A stretch of 64,000 nucleotides of DNA from a virus (Duplodnaviria; Caudoviricetes). This document shows, piece after piece, positions 18,301 through 27,532 of this stretch. The position numbers were made by a program, and so were the translations under genes. Under the pieces are notes generated by a model. The model was not told where the DNA came from. It was given only the letters and a program-made list of their open reading frames with translations, and made no database searches. The stretch is taken from the IMG/VR virus record IMGVR_UViG_3300021400_000686, positions 1 to 64,000 of that record; one strand, given 5' to 3'. Numbering within the stretch: the first letter of the stretch is position 1; each line of letters starts with the position of its first letter.

Positions 18301-19423
18301 CAAAATCAATACTGTTGATTAAATCCTTCAGCGATTGAATCTGCTGTAGCTCTTCAGGAATAGCCGTGTCCGCAAACGGATTCTGCTCTTGCTCTTCGGG
18401 GGTATCGATGATCGTTAATTCGTCAAACTTTGCCAAAGAACCGCTCGCCTTGTCGGCGGCAGCACCTGTTTTCGCAATAGCGTCCTTATAGTCATTCTGA
18501 TAACGAATTGCCCTCGTATAGGTTTTCTTGCCAAGCAATGCCGCAATATACATCCCGATTGTATTGAATGTATCTGCAAGCCTATTCATCATTGCCGTTA
18601 CTTGTGGGAGAAACGTATCAATCAACGGGGCAAGAGCCGCGCCAATTGCATTGTTCAAATCCTTGCCCGCCTTCTTATAGTCGGACAGGATCATGGACGT
18701 CTTTGTCCCCCATCCCTCTAACGAGGAAATTGCCGCTTGAAACGATGCGCCAACTTTTTTGAGAATCCCGACTAACCCAGCGATGCTCAGGAACTTCTTG
18801 ACAAACGCCCCAACTTGCTTGATTGGGCCCATCATTCTCGCCCCAAGATCATGGACTCTTTTGACTATGTTGCCTATAGTACCAACGACCTTTTTTCCAG
18901 CCGACACCACCACACCAAAGGCCTTCTTAAAGGCAGTGCCGAACCTACTTGTCGTCTCACTTGCCTCCCCAGTCCTGTTGGCAAACATTTCCATATCGGC
19001 TTGACCGTTTGCAATGCACCGAATGTTTGTATCCATCGTACCGGACATTTTCAGCAACGCATTCAGCAACAGCTCAATCTCGGCAGTTGTATTTGCAATT
19101 GACGCTATGTTCCGCTCAAGCGCTTCAGAAAATGTATTTGTCGAGGTGGCGACGGTATCGGTCTTTTCTTGCGCCTCTTCATACGCCTGATTCAAGCCGT
19201 CGGAAAAACCTTCAACGAAATCGGCGATAAACATCTCGACTCTATCAGCGAGATTGTTTAACAAATCACCGATATTCGCATTCGCGTTGGACATTGATTC
19301 TTCCATAGCGGTTCCGATATTCACCGTGGAATCAGACATTCCGCTAAGCTTTTTCTTGATCTCTTCTATCCCTTTATCAATGCCAGACGTATCTATTCGT
19401 GTGTTAATTACAATCTCGTCCAT
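15374..19423 (-). CDS. Tape measure protein
   Basis: 1349 aa, helical, 11/22-residue periodic repeats, RSPSRVFRDEIG motif. Confidence 0.9.
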   Translation of the reverse strand: MDEIVINTRIDTSGIDKGIEEIKKKLSGMSDSTVNIGTAMEESMSNANANIGDLLNNLADRVEMFIADFVEGFSDGLNQAYEEAQEKTDTVATSTNTFSEALERNIASIANTTAEIELLLNALLKMSGTMDTNIRCIANGQADMEMFANRTGEASETTSRFGTAFKKAFGVVVSAGKKVVGTIGNIVKRVHDLGARMMGPIKQVGAFVKKFLSIAGLVGILKKVGASFQAAISSLEGWGTKTSMILSDYKKAGKDLNNAIGAALAPLIDTFLPQVTAMMNRLADTFNTIGMYIAALLGKKTYTRAIRYQNDYKDAIAKTGAAADKASGSLAKFDELTIIDTPEEQEQNPFADTAIPEELQQIQSLKDLINSIDFGGAGDKAAEFVNNLMSNIKEKIENFPIEDIVAGLTIFVGRFLTGVNFNNIGATFGSLVNKIVDGIAAIFDTDPDILNKMVQAFLDFITGIFTEIDFEKAGDTFSTVVNKIIEALGKGIREFPIELIVSSIVTFFSKCFDGINFEGFGADLGALVNKIVDGIQTIFDTDPEILNKMVRSFNSFVRGFLQETDFQNLGGTIVKTVGKIIDALIEGIKTFPADDAAEAFSDFLWGAASEIGEFFEDFSFIEFSDTVTDKIVEFVENIKWHRVLGALGKLAAAIVTSVAELIIAGLETPLRLVKELLVRAMNGMGQYLIDHGGPIAKKIGKGMVEASQGLDTFYDNTIGSWKEKAQNSLDEWQSNFNDKVDLMVAKGDEAWEAAHQQAATYSEVTQEMAMEMERQRQETAKSLDDSNKKTAQSYQSVTQEMAMQMEIQRQELQRTGQTSEDNAHRTVRASDSTAKAVEDSSSRVVNANHGAGASFDTTTSKIESDNKRIKASTSGVTQEMAMQMERQRQESVKTAETTESTTNRIVNAHHGAGASFTETTNTIVAENNAARTSSINVTQEMAMQMERQRQENLKTATTAKTNTRDVKDQFSQMADMMASKFAAMSLKVAKQVASMVRELVLNMQNMSTQTTSTVNNMNNNVTSKFSTMAVAASGKLSTMDATVSSKFNNMKASSNRSLEMINSDLSSKFERMSSTATNKLTNMDSTSANKFRAMSATATQQLASMNNDVTNKFSSMSSTMANKLSNMSGDVANKFRAMASNAFTALQGLVNNSGNYSAMIYNTLNGQDWGSIGSNMINGMAQGLTNGWHWLNGVVTDIASKTINAAKRALGIRSPSRVFRDEIGAMVSEGLALGIEDEASAPLRAMNDIATSLTDTAIGSLQAPYIASGAVLPTQIDSGAVRSEYGQGAYASVSLDEVIGMVRQLRDNQQDLLETLIAVVQNKQFSFTPNASNGRMINQSLNAYRRVTG

Positions 19424-19431
19424 ACATTACC

Positions 19432-20001
19432 TCAACCGTCAAGAATCGCTTTCCACCGCTCTTGCTCTTCAAGCTCTTCTTTCGTGTATTTTGTTCTCAG
19501 GTCAACAAGCTTCTTATTCTCCGAATAGAACTCTTGCTCCCATTTCTCAAGCTTCTTTCCTTTCGACTTCTTCCGCCGAATGCCGACAATATTTGAAAAT
19601 GCCCCTTCGCCAACCTCCATATACGCCGAGAGGAACGTCCACCAATGGACATATTCCTCACCTCGTATATCTTTTCCAACGACCTTGTTTACGGAAGAAA
19701 TAATCATCTTCGCGTCTTGATCCCAGTCCATCAAAACAGGCTTTTTCTTCACCTCTTCAGGGTCAATAGACCCCATATCAATGAACTCCCTGACAACCCT
19801 ATAGATTTCTTCCATGTTTTCAGTCGGAAGCTCTCGCCAACGCGGGAACATTATCCTTATGCAAATCATCCACCGCTCAACATCGTCATAGTCAGGATCG
19901 GAGAAAAACCGCAAAATCTTAAGTATGTCCCGATAATCCGTCCGTATCTCAAATTCCTCCCCACCAATTATTACCGAGCGCGGAAGCTTCCACACATCCA
20001 T
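19432..20001 (-). CDS. Gp15-family tail assembly protein
   Basis: IRTDYRD..DWDQDA..VHWWTF..IVGIR motifs. Confidence 0.75.
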   Translation of the reverse strand: MDVWKLPRSVIIGGEEFEIRTDYRDILKILRFFSDPDYDDVERWMICIRIMFPRWRELPTENMEEIYRVVREFIDMGSIDPEEVKKKPVLMDWDQDAKMIISSVNKVVGKDIRGEEYVHWWTFLSAYMEVGEGAFSNIVGIRRKKSKGKKLEKWEQEFYSENKKLVDLRTKYTKEELEEQERWKAILDG

Positions 20002-20423
20002 CAGTCGTATTCCCTCGTGGCCTCTTCAACCTTTTTCATCTTTGCAATACGATCATCCATCACCTGAGAGATAAGACCGTCCAAAGCCTCGATCACAACG
20101 GACAGATAAATGTCGCCATTCTCCATCGGTGTAAATGGCCCACATTTCAGGAACAATGTATCGGACACCTTTGCATTAAAAAGATAATCAATCTTTTCTC
20201 TAACCTCATCAGAAAGCCTCACGATCTCCTCGCCATCTTCTGTGCCTTCCCGATCACCCATGCCTCTGAAAAATTCAACAACGGTTTTATACCGTTTTAC
20301 GATATCTGCATCAGTAGGATTGAAGCGAATAAACCCAAGCTCTTCACCGTCTTCATCAATAACAGGCACTTTTACCATGCCCGTATTCACTCTCAATTCA
20401 TATGCCATATGATTTTCCCCCAT
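20001..20423 (-). CDS. Tail assembly chaperone
   Basis: Position between the major tail and Gp15-like genes. Confidence 0.6.
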   Translation of the reverse strand: MGENHMAYELRVNTGMVKVPVIDEDGEELGFIRFNPTDADIVKRYKTVVEFFRGMGDREGTEDGEEIVRLSDEVREKIDYLFNAKVSDTLFLKCGPFTPMENGDIYLSVVIEALDGLISQVMDDRIAKMKKVEEATREYD

Positions 20424-20469
20424 ATTCTTAAATGCAAATGGGCCACAAAGTGGCCCATTTCATTATCCT

Positions 20470-20970
20470 TTACGGATTAGGCGTAAATTCTTTCGTCGCA
20501 AGCGCAAATGTGCCCTTTACGCGCTCTCCGACATAATGGATATCAAAAGGAATCTGATATCCAGATGTGTCTCCACCGTATGATGTCGGCACAATATAAC
20601 ACGGCTGTTTGTACGCCGTATACGTTCCCGCCGTTGATCCCTCATCCCAAAGATGAACTTCGACGATAGAGGTTTTAAGCGTATCGTCGGTAGGCTCCGT
20701 ATCGACGAAGCCCTGAAGCTTCTCAAACAGCGGATCGCCAACCTCAGCGTAGAACGGTTCTGCCGATCCACCGCGCTCGTAGCCGTTATGGGTAAGGTTC
20801 GTTTCACCGATAATGTTCTTGAACACGGTGACATCGGGGTTCAGCGCAACGGTGTACTCCTCAAGGTCTTTTCCAAGACGATAATACGAGGCGGTCTGGG
20901 CCCCAAATGTAGTGTCAACGAAATGCGCCATAAACTTACGAGCAATCTTGCCTGTAACTGTTTCAGCCAT
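20470..20970 (-). CDS. Major tail protein
   Basis: LGKDLEEY..YVGERVKGTF motifs; followed by a hairpin terminator at ~20433-20460. Confidence 0.75.
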   Translation of the reverse strand: MAETVTGKIARKFMAHFVDTTFGAQTASYYRLGKDLEEYTVALNPDVTVFKNIIGETNLTHNGYERGGSAEPFYAEVGDPLFEKLQGFVDTEPTDDTLKTSIVEVHLWDEGSTAGTYTAYKQPCYIVPTSYGGDTSGYQIPFDIHYVGERVKGTFALATKEFTPNP

Positions 20971-20990
20971 AAAATTTTCCTTTCTCCGCA

Positions 20991-21497
20991 TCAGAAGGTG
21001 CGGTCAAACTCATTGTGATAATAAGCAGTCAGATTGATTTGCCAGTCCTCGGACTGATCATTTTGTATGGTATACAGATAAGCGGGCGACGTCCGCGAAA
21101 AACGTCTGAACTCACGCCCATCTGTCAGCGTAGGGAATTCCGTCAGCTTGTACTCCGTACCATTTATGGTAACGGTCTGCCCTTCGAGCCAACGCCCAAG
21201 GTTCTCAAGCCATTCTTTTACGATCACTTTTCTCGGTTCAGAGATGCCCGCCGCTCTGTACACAATAGAAAAAGCGTACTGGCATTCCTGAACCACATGG
21301 TCGGTTATGCTAATACGCTCTTGTGTTATCACAGGGGACGAAGACGGAAACAGCGCCTTTCCGCTTTTCAAATCCAACACCGAAAATCTGATCTCATCGG
21401 ACGGATCAAGGCCGGGATATTCATTTACGAGGTCGACGACCGCGCTCGTCAATTGATCATAAGCCCCACCATCAATCCCGATAATGTTACCTGCCAT
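20991..21497 (-). CDS. Tail completion/terminator protein
   Basis: Synteny in the neck module. Confidence 0.55.
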   Translation of the reverse strand: MAGNIIGIDGGAYDQLTSAVVDLVNEYPGLDPSDEIRFSVLDLKSGKALFPSSSPVITQERISITDHVVQECQYAFSIVYRAAGISEPRKVIVKEWLENLGRWLEGQTVTINGTEYKLTEFPTLTDGREFRRFSRTSPAYLYTIQNDQSEDWQINLTAYYHNEFDRTF

Positions 21498-21882
21498 AAA
21501 TTATATTTTTCACCCCCTCGTACCACATCTGTTCATGGTCTCTTTTAGATGCCGTGAACCAGTGGTGTTGCGCATAAGGATGGTGCACGGTTTGATAGTG
21601 CAACGGGTTCCCTGTAAAACGGGATATTCCGTTCCATTGATACCATGCATAAGGTGCTTTTCCGACGACCACTTTTCCCGTTCCCTCATTACCGATATTC
21701 ATCTGTCGAGAATTTTCTGTCATCGCGCCAGTATCCATCGGGATATACGGGATCGTGTCCTCAAACACTCTCATATCAAGCCATTTTTGCGCCTCGTTTA
21801 TCCTGTTGCTTAATTCCTCAAATGATATGTCCACTTTAACGGAACCGTTATCAATATGAATGTCATCAAAACGCTGAGTCAT
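21487..21882 (-). CDS. Minor capsid/neck protein
   Basis: YIPMDTG..PYAWYQW..AQHHWF motifs. Confidence 0.65.
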   Translation of the reverse strand: MTQRFDDIHIDNGSVKVDISFEELSNRINEAQKWLDMRVFEDTIPYIPMDTGAMTENSRQMNIGNEGTGKVVVGKAPYAWYQWNGISRFTGNPLHYQTVHHPYAQHHWFTASKRDHEQMWYEGVKNIIYGR

Positions 21883-22337
21883 CTCCCCATCACCTCCAAG
21901 TGCGGAAGTATTGATCTCGAATAATCAGAACAACTTGACACGGAATATACATCATCGTAATGCGTCTGCATGTGGTGTAAGAACCCCTCTGGGTACGCGC
22001 TATCATCCACCGCATCCCCGTTCGGCCATGTTCCAACGAAGATCATATCAAAATCATTTCCGCCCTTTACCGTGAAAGAGCTTTGATAATCCCCAGTTTT
22101 CTCCCATTCTATCGGTGTGTAGTAGTTGTATCCACTGGACTTGCACCCCTTTGTAATAAGAATGTGAATCGAAACATTGTCGGTCGAGTTTTCCCCCATT
22201 TGAGCGACAATCGCGGCTCTGTCTCGATAAACACAGCAATGGTGTAACTGGTGGGGATACCATTTATCCCCCTCTTTCCTTGACCCAAGCCGATTGAATA
22301 GCGTGATAGTCTCGTTATACATACTTACCTCATGCAA
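21879..22337 (-). CDS. Head closure protein-like
   Basis: Synteny; LPHLEVMGR C-terminus. Confidence 0.55.
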   Translation of the reverse strand: MHEVSMYNETITLFNRLGSRKEGDKWYPHQLHHCCVYRDRAAIVAQMGENSTDNVSIHILITKGCKSSGYNYYTPIEWEKTGDYQSSFTVKGGNDFDMIFVGTWPNGDAVDDSAYPEGFLHHMQTHYDDVYSVSSCSDYSRSILPHLEVMGR

Positions 22338-22725
22338 TCGTTATCGGAATAATGCATAACTTTCTCAAAGTCACATATTGAATTCCGTACTTTGTCCGTA
22401 AAAATTCCGCATCCGCATCAACAGCGCCTGTTGCACCGCCATTTGTAAAGCTAATGCTACTTGACCCCGCTGAAATACTGCCAATTCCATACGTCGACGT
22501 CGCCAAAGACGTCAGCATTCCCAGTTCGCCTTGATCAGTAGTATCCGCCAATCCTGCGGTTGTCATCATGTGACAAACAAGATACGCAAGCGCCTGTTCG
22601 TAGAACTTTCCAAACTTTTCTTTGTTGATGTACGGTTCCGCCAATGATACCCACAAGGCAAGTTGATCATCACTGATGCTCTCAAACTCTGGCGCTACGA
22701 GCCTGATAATCTCAATTGAACTCAT
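22330..22725 (-). CDS. Head-tail adaptor (DUF4054-like)
   Basis: APEF..ALAYLVCH..TKYGIQY motifs. Confidence 0.7.
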   Translation of the reverse strand: MSSIEIIRLVAPEFESISDDQLALWVSLAEPYINKEKFGKFYEQALAYLVCHMMTTAGLADTTDQGELGMLTSLATSTYGIGSISAGSSSISFTNGGATGAVDADAEFLRTKYGIQYVTLRKLCIIPITIA

Positions 22726-22734
22726 GTTGCCTCC

Positions 22735-23001
22735 TTACTTAGAGGCTTTTCTACCTCTCTTAGGCTTTTCTTCATCTTCCGTAGTGGCGTTAACCTCTTC
22801 AGAATCCTCTTCAGGGGCCTCTTCGTGCACCTCTACCGCCTCTTTGTTCTCTTCCTTTGCTAATGCAATCAGGTTGAAGTTGACGAGTGCTTTCAGAGAC
22901 GGGGTTTCTGCCATCTCATCTTTGATATTGATCACCCCACCCGGAAGGACAATCTGTGTTCCCACGTTGATAATTCTGTCGCTCAGATTTGTAAGTTTCA
23001 T
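22735..23001 (-). CDS. Small head-associated protein
   Basis: RBS GGAGG; acidic middle and basic tail. Confidence 0.55.
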   Translation of the reverse strand: MKLTNLSDRIINVGTQIVLPGGVINIKDEMAETPSLKALVNFNLIALAKEENKEAVEVHEEAPEEDSEEVNATTEDEEKPKRGRKASK

Positions 23002-23018
23002 CTCTTAACCTCCGTTTT

Positions 23019-23053
23019 AAGAAAACAGGGAGGAGGAAAACCCTCCCCCCCTC
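23019..23053 (-). terminator. Intrinsic terminator after the MCP
   Basis: G-rich/C-rich hairpin + TGTTTTC. Confidence 0.6.
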
Positions 23054-23061
23054 TTAAATGA

Positions 23062-24123
23062 TTACGATACACCGACCGCGATAAGAGCGGACATCGGATA
23101 GTAGAAGATCACGCCAGCGATACGAGACTCGCAAGGAATCACGGTATCAAGACCCTTGACCTGAAGCGGGTACTGAAGGTACTGCATCGGGATTTCAAGA
23201 GACATCTTCTTCGGATCATTCTTGAACAGGAACGCAACGCCTACACCAGCATTCGGGGAAACGCCCTGAGCGCCTTCAGCATACGGATTGGTTTCAGGAG
23301 AATCCGCATCAAGTTCAGCCGTAGAAACGATGTTCTTGATGTACGGAGAATGCTCAAGAAGGAACGAAAGAACGGAGCCTTCCGTGTTCGGCAGACGACG
23401 AGTGGAGATATCCATGTACACATCCGCCGGTACGCAAAGAGTATCAGGACGCTCGACGTTCTTGGTCACTTTCGCGACCTGCTTCGCCATGCCGTTGATA
23501 TCGTCAAGGATTTCGTCGGCGGTCTTCTCAGTCCACTTGGTCTTGTTGGATGTCGCTCCTGCACCGATGGTGTAAAGCGGAACACTCTGTCCAGAAGACA
23601 GAACACCGAGAATGCCTGAAGCGGAATCGCCACACCATGCAATCTTGTTGGTGAGGTTGTCGTTCTGATAACGAGCCGATTCAGCCTTACGAGAGTCAAG
23701 AGACTTGCCCGCCATACGGGACGCTCTCATTTCCTGAGCAGAATAGCCGTAGGAAACGCCGATAGACTTGACAATCGCCACGGACGGCTTACCCACGATA
23801 TCAGCTCTCGGAAGGTCGGTCGAGTAGTTGTCGATGATCTTCGCAAGACCAGTCTTGTCGTAAGTGTAGTAGGTAACGGTTTCAGCGCCCTCGTCCGTCT
23901 CAGAAGTCTGGGGGAACAGAGTCAGCGCCGTAAGTTCGGGATATTCGACATCGTAAGACTGGGCCTTAACAGCATCCAGTTCACGAGCGAAGAAAACGGA
24001 AGCGTCTTCAGCACTGTCAAAGTGAGTGCTACCCGACGCCATAACGGCCGCAGGAATGGACGAATTCAGAATTGTCCGTACATCGGCCTTATCGTAATGT
24101 GTATGTCTTGCTTTCTTAGCCAT
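23062..24123 (-). CDS. Major capsid protein (DUF2184 family)
   Basis: FFARELD..YDVEYPEL..GVLS..RIAGVIFYYP motifs; 353 aa. Confidence 0.85.
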   Translation of the reverse strand: MAKKARHTHYDKADVRTILNSSIPAAVMASGSTHFDSAEDASVFFARELDAVKAQSYDVEYPELTALTLFPQTSETDEGAETVTYYTYDKTGLAKIIDNYSTDLPRADIVGKPSVAIVKSIGVSYGYSAQEMRASRMAGKSLDSRKAESARYQNDNLTNKIAWCGDSASGILGVLSSGQSVPLYTIGAGATSNKTKWTEKTADEILDDINGMAKQVAKVTKNVERPDTLCVPADVYMDISTRRLPNTEGSVLSFLLEHSPYIKNIVSTAELDADSPETNPYAEGAQGVSPNAGVGVAFLFKNDPKKMSLEIPMQYLQYPLQVKGLDTVIPCESRIAGVIFYYPMSALIAVGVS

Positions 24124-24149
24124 ATTACTTTACCCTCCTCATCTCATAA

Positions 24150-24638
24150 TCAAGCCTGAGCCTGATTGAAAAGTTCAACCGCCGCGATACGTGCGACAGG
24201 ATCAACGCCAGTAAGGAAACGGCCCTTAACGGCAAGTGTGTCAGTAGAAGCATTGGTGAAGTAGCCCGCCTGAGCACCGCCCTTCACTACATAGGTCGCC
24301 TGTCCGTATGTCGGGGACACATTGTCTGCAACGCGAACCCAGATGCGGCCATAACGCATAACGCCCATAGAAGCGTTCTGGCGGATATACAGTTGACCCG
24401 CAAGGTCGTATTCGGTTGTGAGGTTGTTGTTGGAAACGCCCTCGATAGCGGTAGAAGCCGCGACAGGAAGCTTAACCTGTTCGCCCGCCTTTGTGCCCGC
24501 GACTACAGCCACACCAAACTTCATGGTGCCAGTCGCTTCCTCGTTCAGGAAAGTGTCGATAGCATACGGCGCGAGGTCGTAAATGCCACCAGCGATACCT
24601 CTCTGAGTATCAAAATTGTAAGTTGTCTGTGCGCTCAT
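24150..24638 (-). CDS. Head decoration/cement protein
   Basis: Position between scaffold and MCP; MKFGVAVV, GRIWV motifs. Confidence 0.7.
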   Translation of the reverse strand: MSAQTTYNFDTQRGIAGGIYDLAPYAIDTFLNEEATGTMKFGVAVVAGTKAGEQVKLPVAASTAIEGVSNNNLTTEYDLAGQLYIRQNASMGVMRYGRIWVRVADNVSPTYGQATYVVKGGAQAGYFTNASTDTLAVKGRFLTGVDPVARIAAVELFNQAQA

Positions 24639-26245
24639 TACTTATTTTCCTCCTTCTTGTTCTGGCGACGCTCGATCATGCGCTGACGTGCGCTTTCGGG
24701 CGTGTTCTCATCACGCTTGATCGCGGAGTCCTTATTGAACATCTTCTTCCGCTGATCATTGGTAGTCTTGCGCTGTGACTTTTTGATGTCCTGTGCCGCA
24801 TACTGATAAGCGGCGTTAATGTAAGCGTAGCTCTTGCCATCCAGACGCATCGACGGGCGAACCGCCTTGATAATCGTCTTCTTTGCCTTCAGGACGCTCA
24901 TGTTCTCAAGGCCGTCAAGATTGAGGGCTCTACCAAGCATGCCGAGCTTAATCCGCTCACGGATAATCTTGTCTACGCTGTCGACATTCATACGGGGCTT
25001 CTCCTCGTACTTCATGATATCGACTTCCTCTTCCTCGTCCTCATCGTCCTCTTCGTCCTCGTGAACGTCTACATCAACATCGGTTGCCTCATCCTCGGGG
25101 ATTTCTTCAAATCCTTCGATGGTCGGGATATCGTCGTCATCTGCATCGCAGTTTTCTTTCTCTTCCCAATCATCCGCGTCAAAGGTAAGCTCTTCCTCTT
25201 CCTTCTCTTTGACTTCGGGCTCAGCCTCATCAAACGCCTTCTCGGCCAGAAGAGTATCGATGATGTCCAGAAGAGTCTTGATGTCCTTGTCCTGATCACG
25301 GATCACTTCGTCCGCATCCTTGGAGAACTCATCGGTCATTTCCTCTTCGGAAACAACTTCCTCGTCCTCATCCATCTGCTCTTCTTCAACCACAGGCTTC
25401 TTTTCAGGAATCGGTTTCTTTTCGGGCAGCTTCTTTTCCGGCGCCACTTTCTCTTCAGCAACCGCTTCCTTCTCGGCCTCTACCGGATGATTGTCGCGAA
25501 TGTTAGCAATCTTGTCTTCAATCTTGCTCTCTTCGGTCTGAACATCATCCGCATCTTTGTTCTCGAACTGATCCCGGTTTGCCTTATACCACTCAATGGC
25601 CTTTTTCAGCTCTTCTGGTGTAAGCGCCTCGTCAGCTCTCCGAGCATTGCGAATTTTCTTGCTCATCAGCTTTTTTCCTCCTACTAAGGTTTCTCCGTCC
25701 TTCGAATCAATGTTCAGACGGGCTTGATCTCCCGCTCTCGCTTCGCGTACAAGAGCAAGGTGATTGATTCTGATATTACGTTGGATAGCATCGTAATGCT
25801 CACCATTGTAAATACCGGGTGTCTCGTCAAGATCAAGGTTATAGCCTAAAGATAATTCCTTAAAGCCACGCTCCTTCATCTCGTCTGTATCGTGAATGAC
25901 GATTTTCGCCCTCACATCTGATCCATCGCGGTACCCATCCGAAAGGATTGTACCAATGCTTGCATCGTGAACATTGTTTTTGTCCACAAGCCCAGCATCA
26001 TGCGTGATAATAATGGGCTTTCCCCGATAGCTTTCAAGACTTTCTTTGCTGAAAACCTCGGACGGAACCCTTAATTCACGCCGAATAGAACCATCTGGGT
26101 TTGCATACTCAAATATGCCCACGCTTGTCAGAATCGGGGAATCAACCAAATACCCCTCTTCCGTGTAGTACGCTCTGCTTAACGGCGTACTATCAAATCG
26201 AATTACACTTTTAAGTGTCGGATGATCTCTGATTTCCATACTCAC
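24638..26245 (-). CDS. DUF2213 prohead protease/scaffold
   Basis: TEEGYL..VGIFEY..ELSLGY..NHLALVREARAG N-terminal domain; acidic scaffold tail. Confidence 0.85.
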   Translation of the reverse strand: MSMEIRDHPTLKSVIRFDSTPLSRAYYTEEGYLVDSPILTSVGIFEYANPDGSIRRELRVPSEVFSKESLESYRGKPIIITHDAGLVDKNNVHDASIGTILSDGYRDGSDVRAKIVIHDTDEMKERGFKELSLGYNLDLDETPGIYNGEHYDAIQRNIRINHLALVREARAGDQARLNIDSKDGETLVGGKKLMSKKIRNARRADEALTPEELKKAIEWYKANRDQFENKDADDVQTEESKIEDKIANIRDNHPVEAEKEAVAEEKVAPEKKLPEKKPIPEKKPVVEEEQMDEDEEVVSEEEMTDEFSKDADEVIRDQDKDIKTLLDIIDTLLAEKAFDEAEPEVKEKEEEELTFDADDWEEKENCDADDDDIPTIEGFEEIPEDEATDVDVDVHEDEEDDEDEEEEVDIMKYEEKPRMNVDSVDKIIRERIKLGMLGRALNLDGLENMSVLKAKKTIIKAVRPSMRLDGKSYAYINAAYQYAAQDIKKSQRKTTNDQRKKMFNKDSAIKRDENTPESARQRMIERRQNKKEENK

Positions 26246-26268
26246 CTCGCTATATTAAAAAAAGAAAC

Positions 26269-26664
26269 TTATTCAGCCTCTTCTTTTTCCTCTTCAGTAA
26301 TTGTGGCCTCATCGTCGGTTTTATCTCCAATGTTTGAGTTTAATTCATTGGCGAAAAACGCCTCGTCTTTGTTCACTTCATTAGTGAACATTTTTTCAAG
26401 CATACTCATCCCCGGGGTTTTCTCGTCCTCGGAGTCGGTATTCATCGGCCCATCGCCTTCTGTTTCTTCCCCTTCAAAGGCGTATTTTGTAAATTCCAGA
26501 ACAAGCTTTTGCGTATGTGCAAGCTCGTCCCAAAGCATTTCATCGTAGGTTTCGTTTTCTTCCGCCTCGGCCAGATTGATAATCACGTTGCACACGCCCA
26601 TCATCTGCTTGGCGACATTTGCGATCTTTTCAGTGTTCTTCATTTGCGCCTCCTTAAGTTGCAA
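26269..26664 (-). CDS. hypothetical acidic protein
   Basis: RBS GGAGG; ORF in the head operon. Confidence 0.55.
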   Translation of the reverse strand: MQLKEAQMKNTEKIANVAKQMMGVCNVIINLAEAEENETYDEMLWDELAHTQKLVLEFTKYAFEGEETEGDGPMNTDSEDEKTPGMSMLEKMFTNEVNKDEAFFANELNSNIGDKTDDEATITEEEKEEAE

Positions 26665-27488
26665 CAGTCGTCGGGGTTCGGATTGAAATGTTCATTCCAA
26701 TACTCATACGCTAACGACTCATCCTCGCATACCGTTATTTCCTTAAACCCTTTGATATTTTCCAAATACCTTTGCTTTGTCGAAAGCGGTAGATGTAAAT
26801 ATCCGTTTTGCTTTATTACATATTCGGAGTAGTCAATGTCAAACCACTTCCTGATCCAAGTATTGACCCTCAAAAACTCAACAAGCAGTTTGTCGCACTT
26901 TATCGAATTCAGCTTATCAAAGTCCACGAATTCTGGGATAAAAGGGCTCAGCCTTACTTGAACATCGAACCCATTCTCTTGCAGTTTTTCAACCGCTTTA
27001 ATCCGTTTGGATGGAAGAGAAGCCTTTTCATAATCTAAGCGCTTATACAGATCATCATTGAAGCAAGTAATCGTTACCTGAATATGCGCAAGGTTCTTGT
27101 CCATCACCTCAATATACTTATCATCGGCGACAAGATCACTTTTCGTAACAATCAGATACTCTATCCCTTTTTCGTTCAGGGCCTTAATCGTCTCATACGT
27201 TACGCCGTGCCTTTTCTCAAGCGGTTGGAAGCAATCTGTCATTCCGCCAAGTCGTATAGCGGGCACCCCCCCGTCTAACTTTTCTATCTTTTTGCGGATT
27301 TTATCGATGTCGGCAATAGAGGGCTCTTCAGCATCCCACATTTTTCTAAAGCTCAGCAACGACTTAGCGTAGCAGTACCGGCAATCGTGCTGGCATCCCC
27401 TCCCATAAGTGTCTAATCTGGTCGAATAATGGCACTTGCCACCTTCATTTCCTCCAACAGTCTTGTAAAACGACTTAAATTCTTTCAT
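26640..27488 (-). CDS. Radical SAM protein (spore photoproduct lyase-like)
   Basis: CQHDCRYCYA (CxxxCxxC), RLGGMTDCFQP, VRLSP motifs. Confidence 0.8.
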   Translation of the reverse strand: MKEFKSFYKTVGGNEGGKCHYSTRLDTYGRGCQHDCRYCYAKSLLSFRKMWDAEEPSIADIDKIRKKIEKLDGGVPAIRLGGMTDCFQPLEKRHGVTYETIKALNEKGIEYLIVTKSDLVADDKYIEVMDKNLAHIQVTITCFNDDLYKRLDYEKASLPSKRIKAVEKLQENGFDVQVRLSPFIPEFVDFDKLNSIKCDKLLVEFLRVNTWIRKWFDIDYSEYVIKQNGYLHLPLSTKQRYLENIKGFKEITVCEDESLAYEYWNEHFNPNPDDCCNLRRRK

Positions 27489-27509
27489 TCCGATCCCCCT
27501 TTCGGCATG

Positions 27510-27532
27510 AAAAAAGGGCGATCATCTCGCCC
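27510..27532 (-). terminator. Intrinsic terminator after MuF
   Basis: GGGCG/CGCCC hairpin + T6. Confidence 0.65.

Noticed and set aside
15501-19703. Numerous plus-strand ORFs over the TMP (likewise 60364-61167 and others)
   Set aside because: Antisense shadows of long minus-strand genes, with no RBS or recognisable motifs.
19432-20423. Programmed frameshift between tail chaperone genes
   Set aside because: The downstream gene has its own RBS and a TGATG coupled start; no obvious slippery heptamer.
27207-27212. Short G-tract in the radical SAM gene (and C7 near 61444) as phase-variation sites
   Set aside because: Only about 7 nt, in frame or part of an RBS; too short to call without read data.
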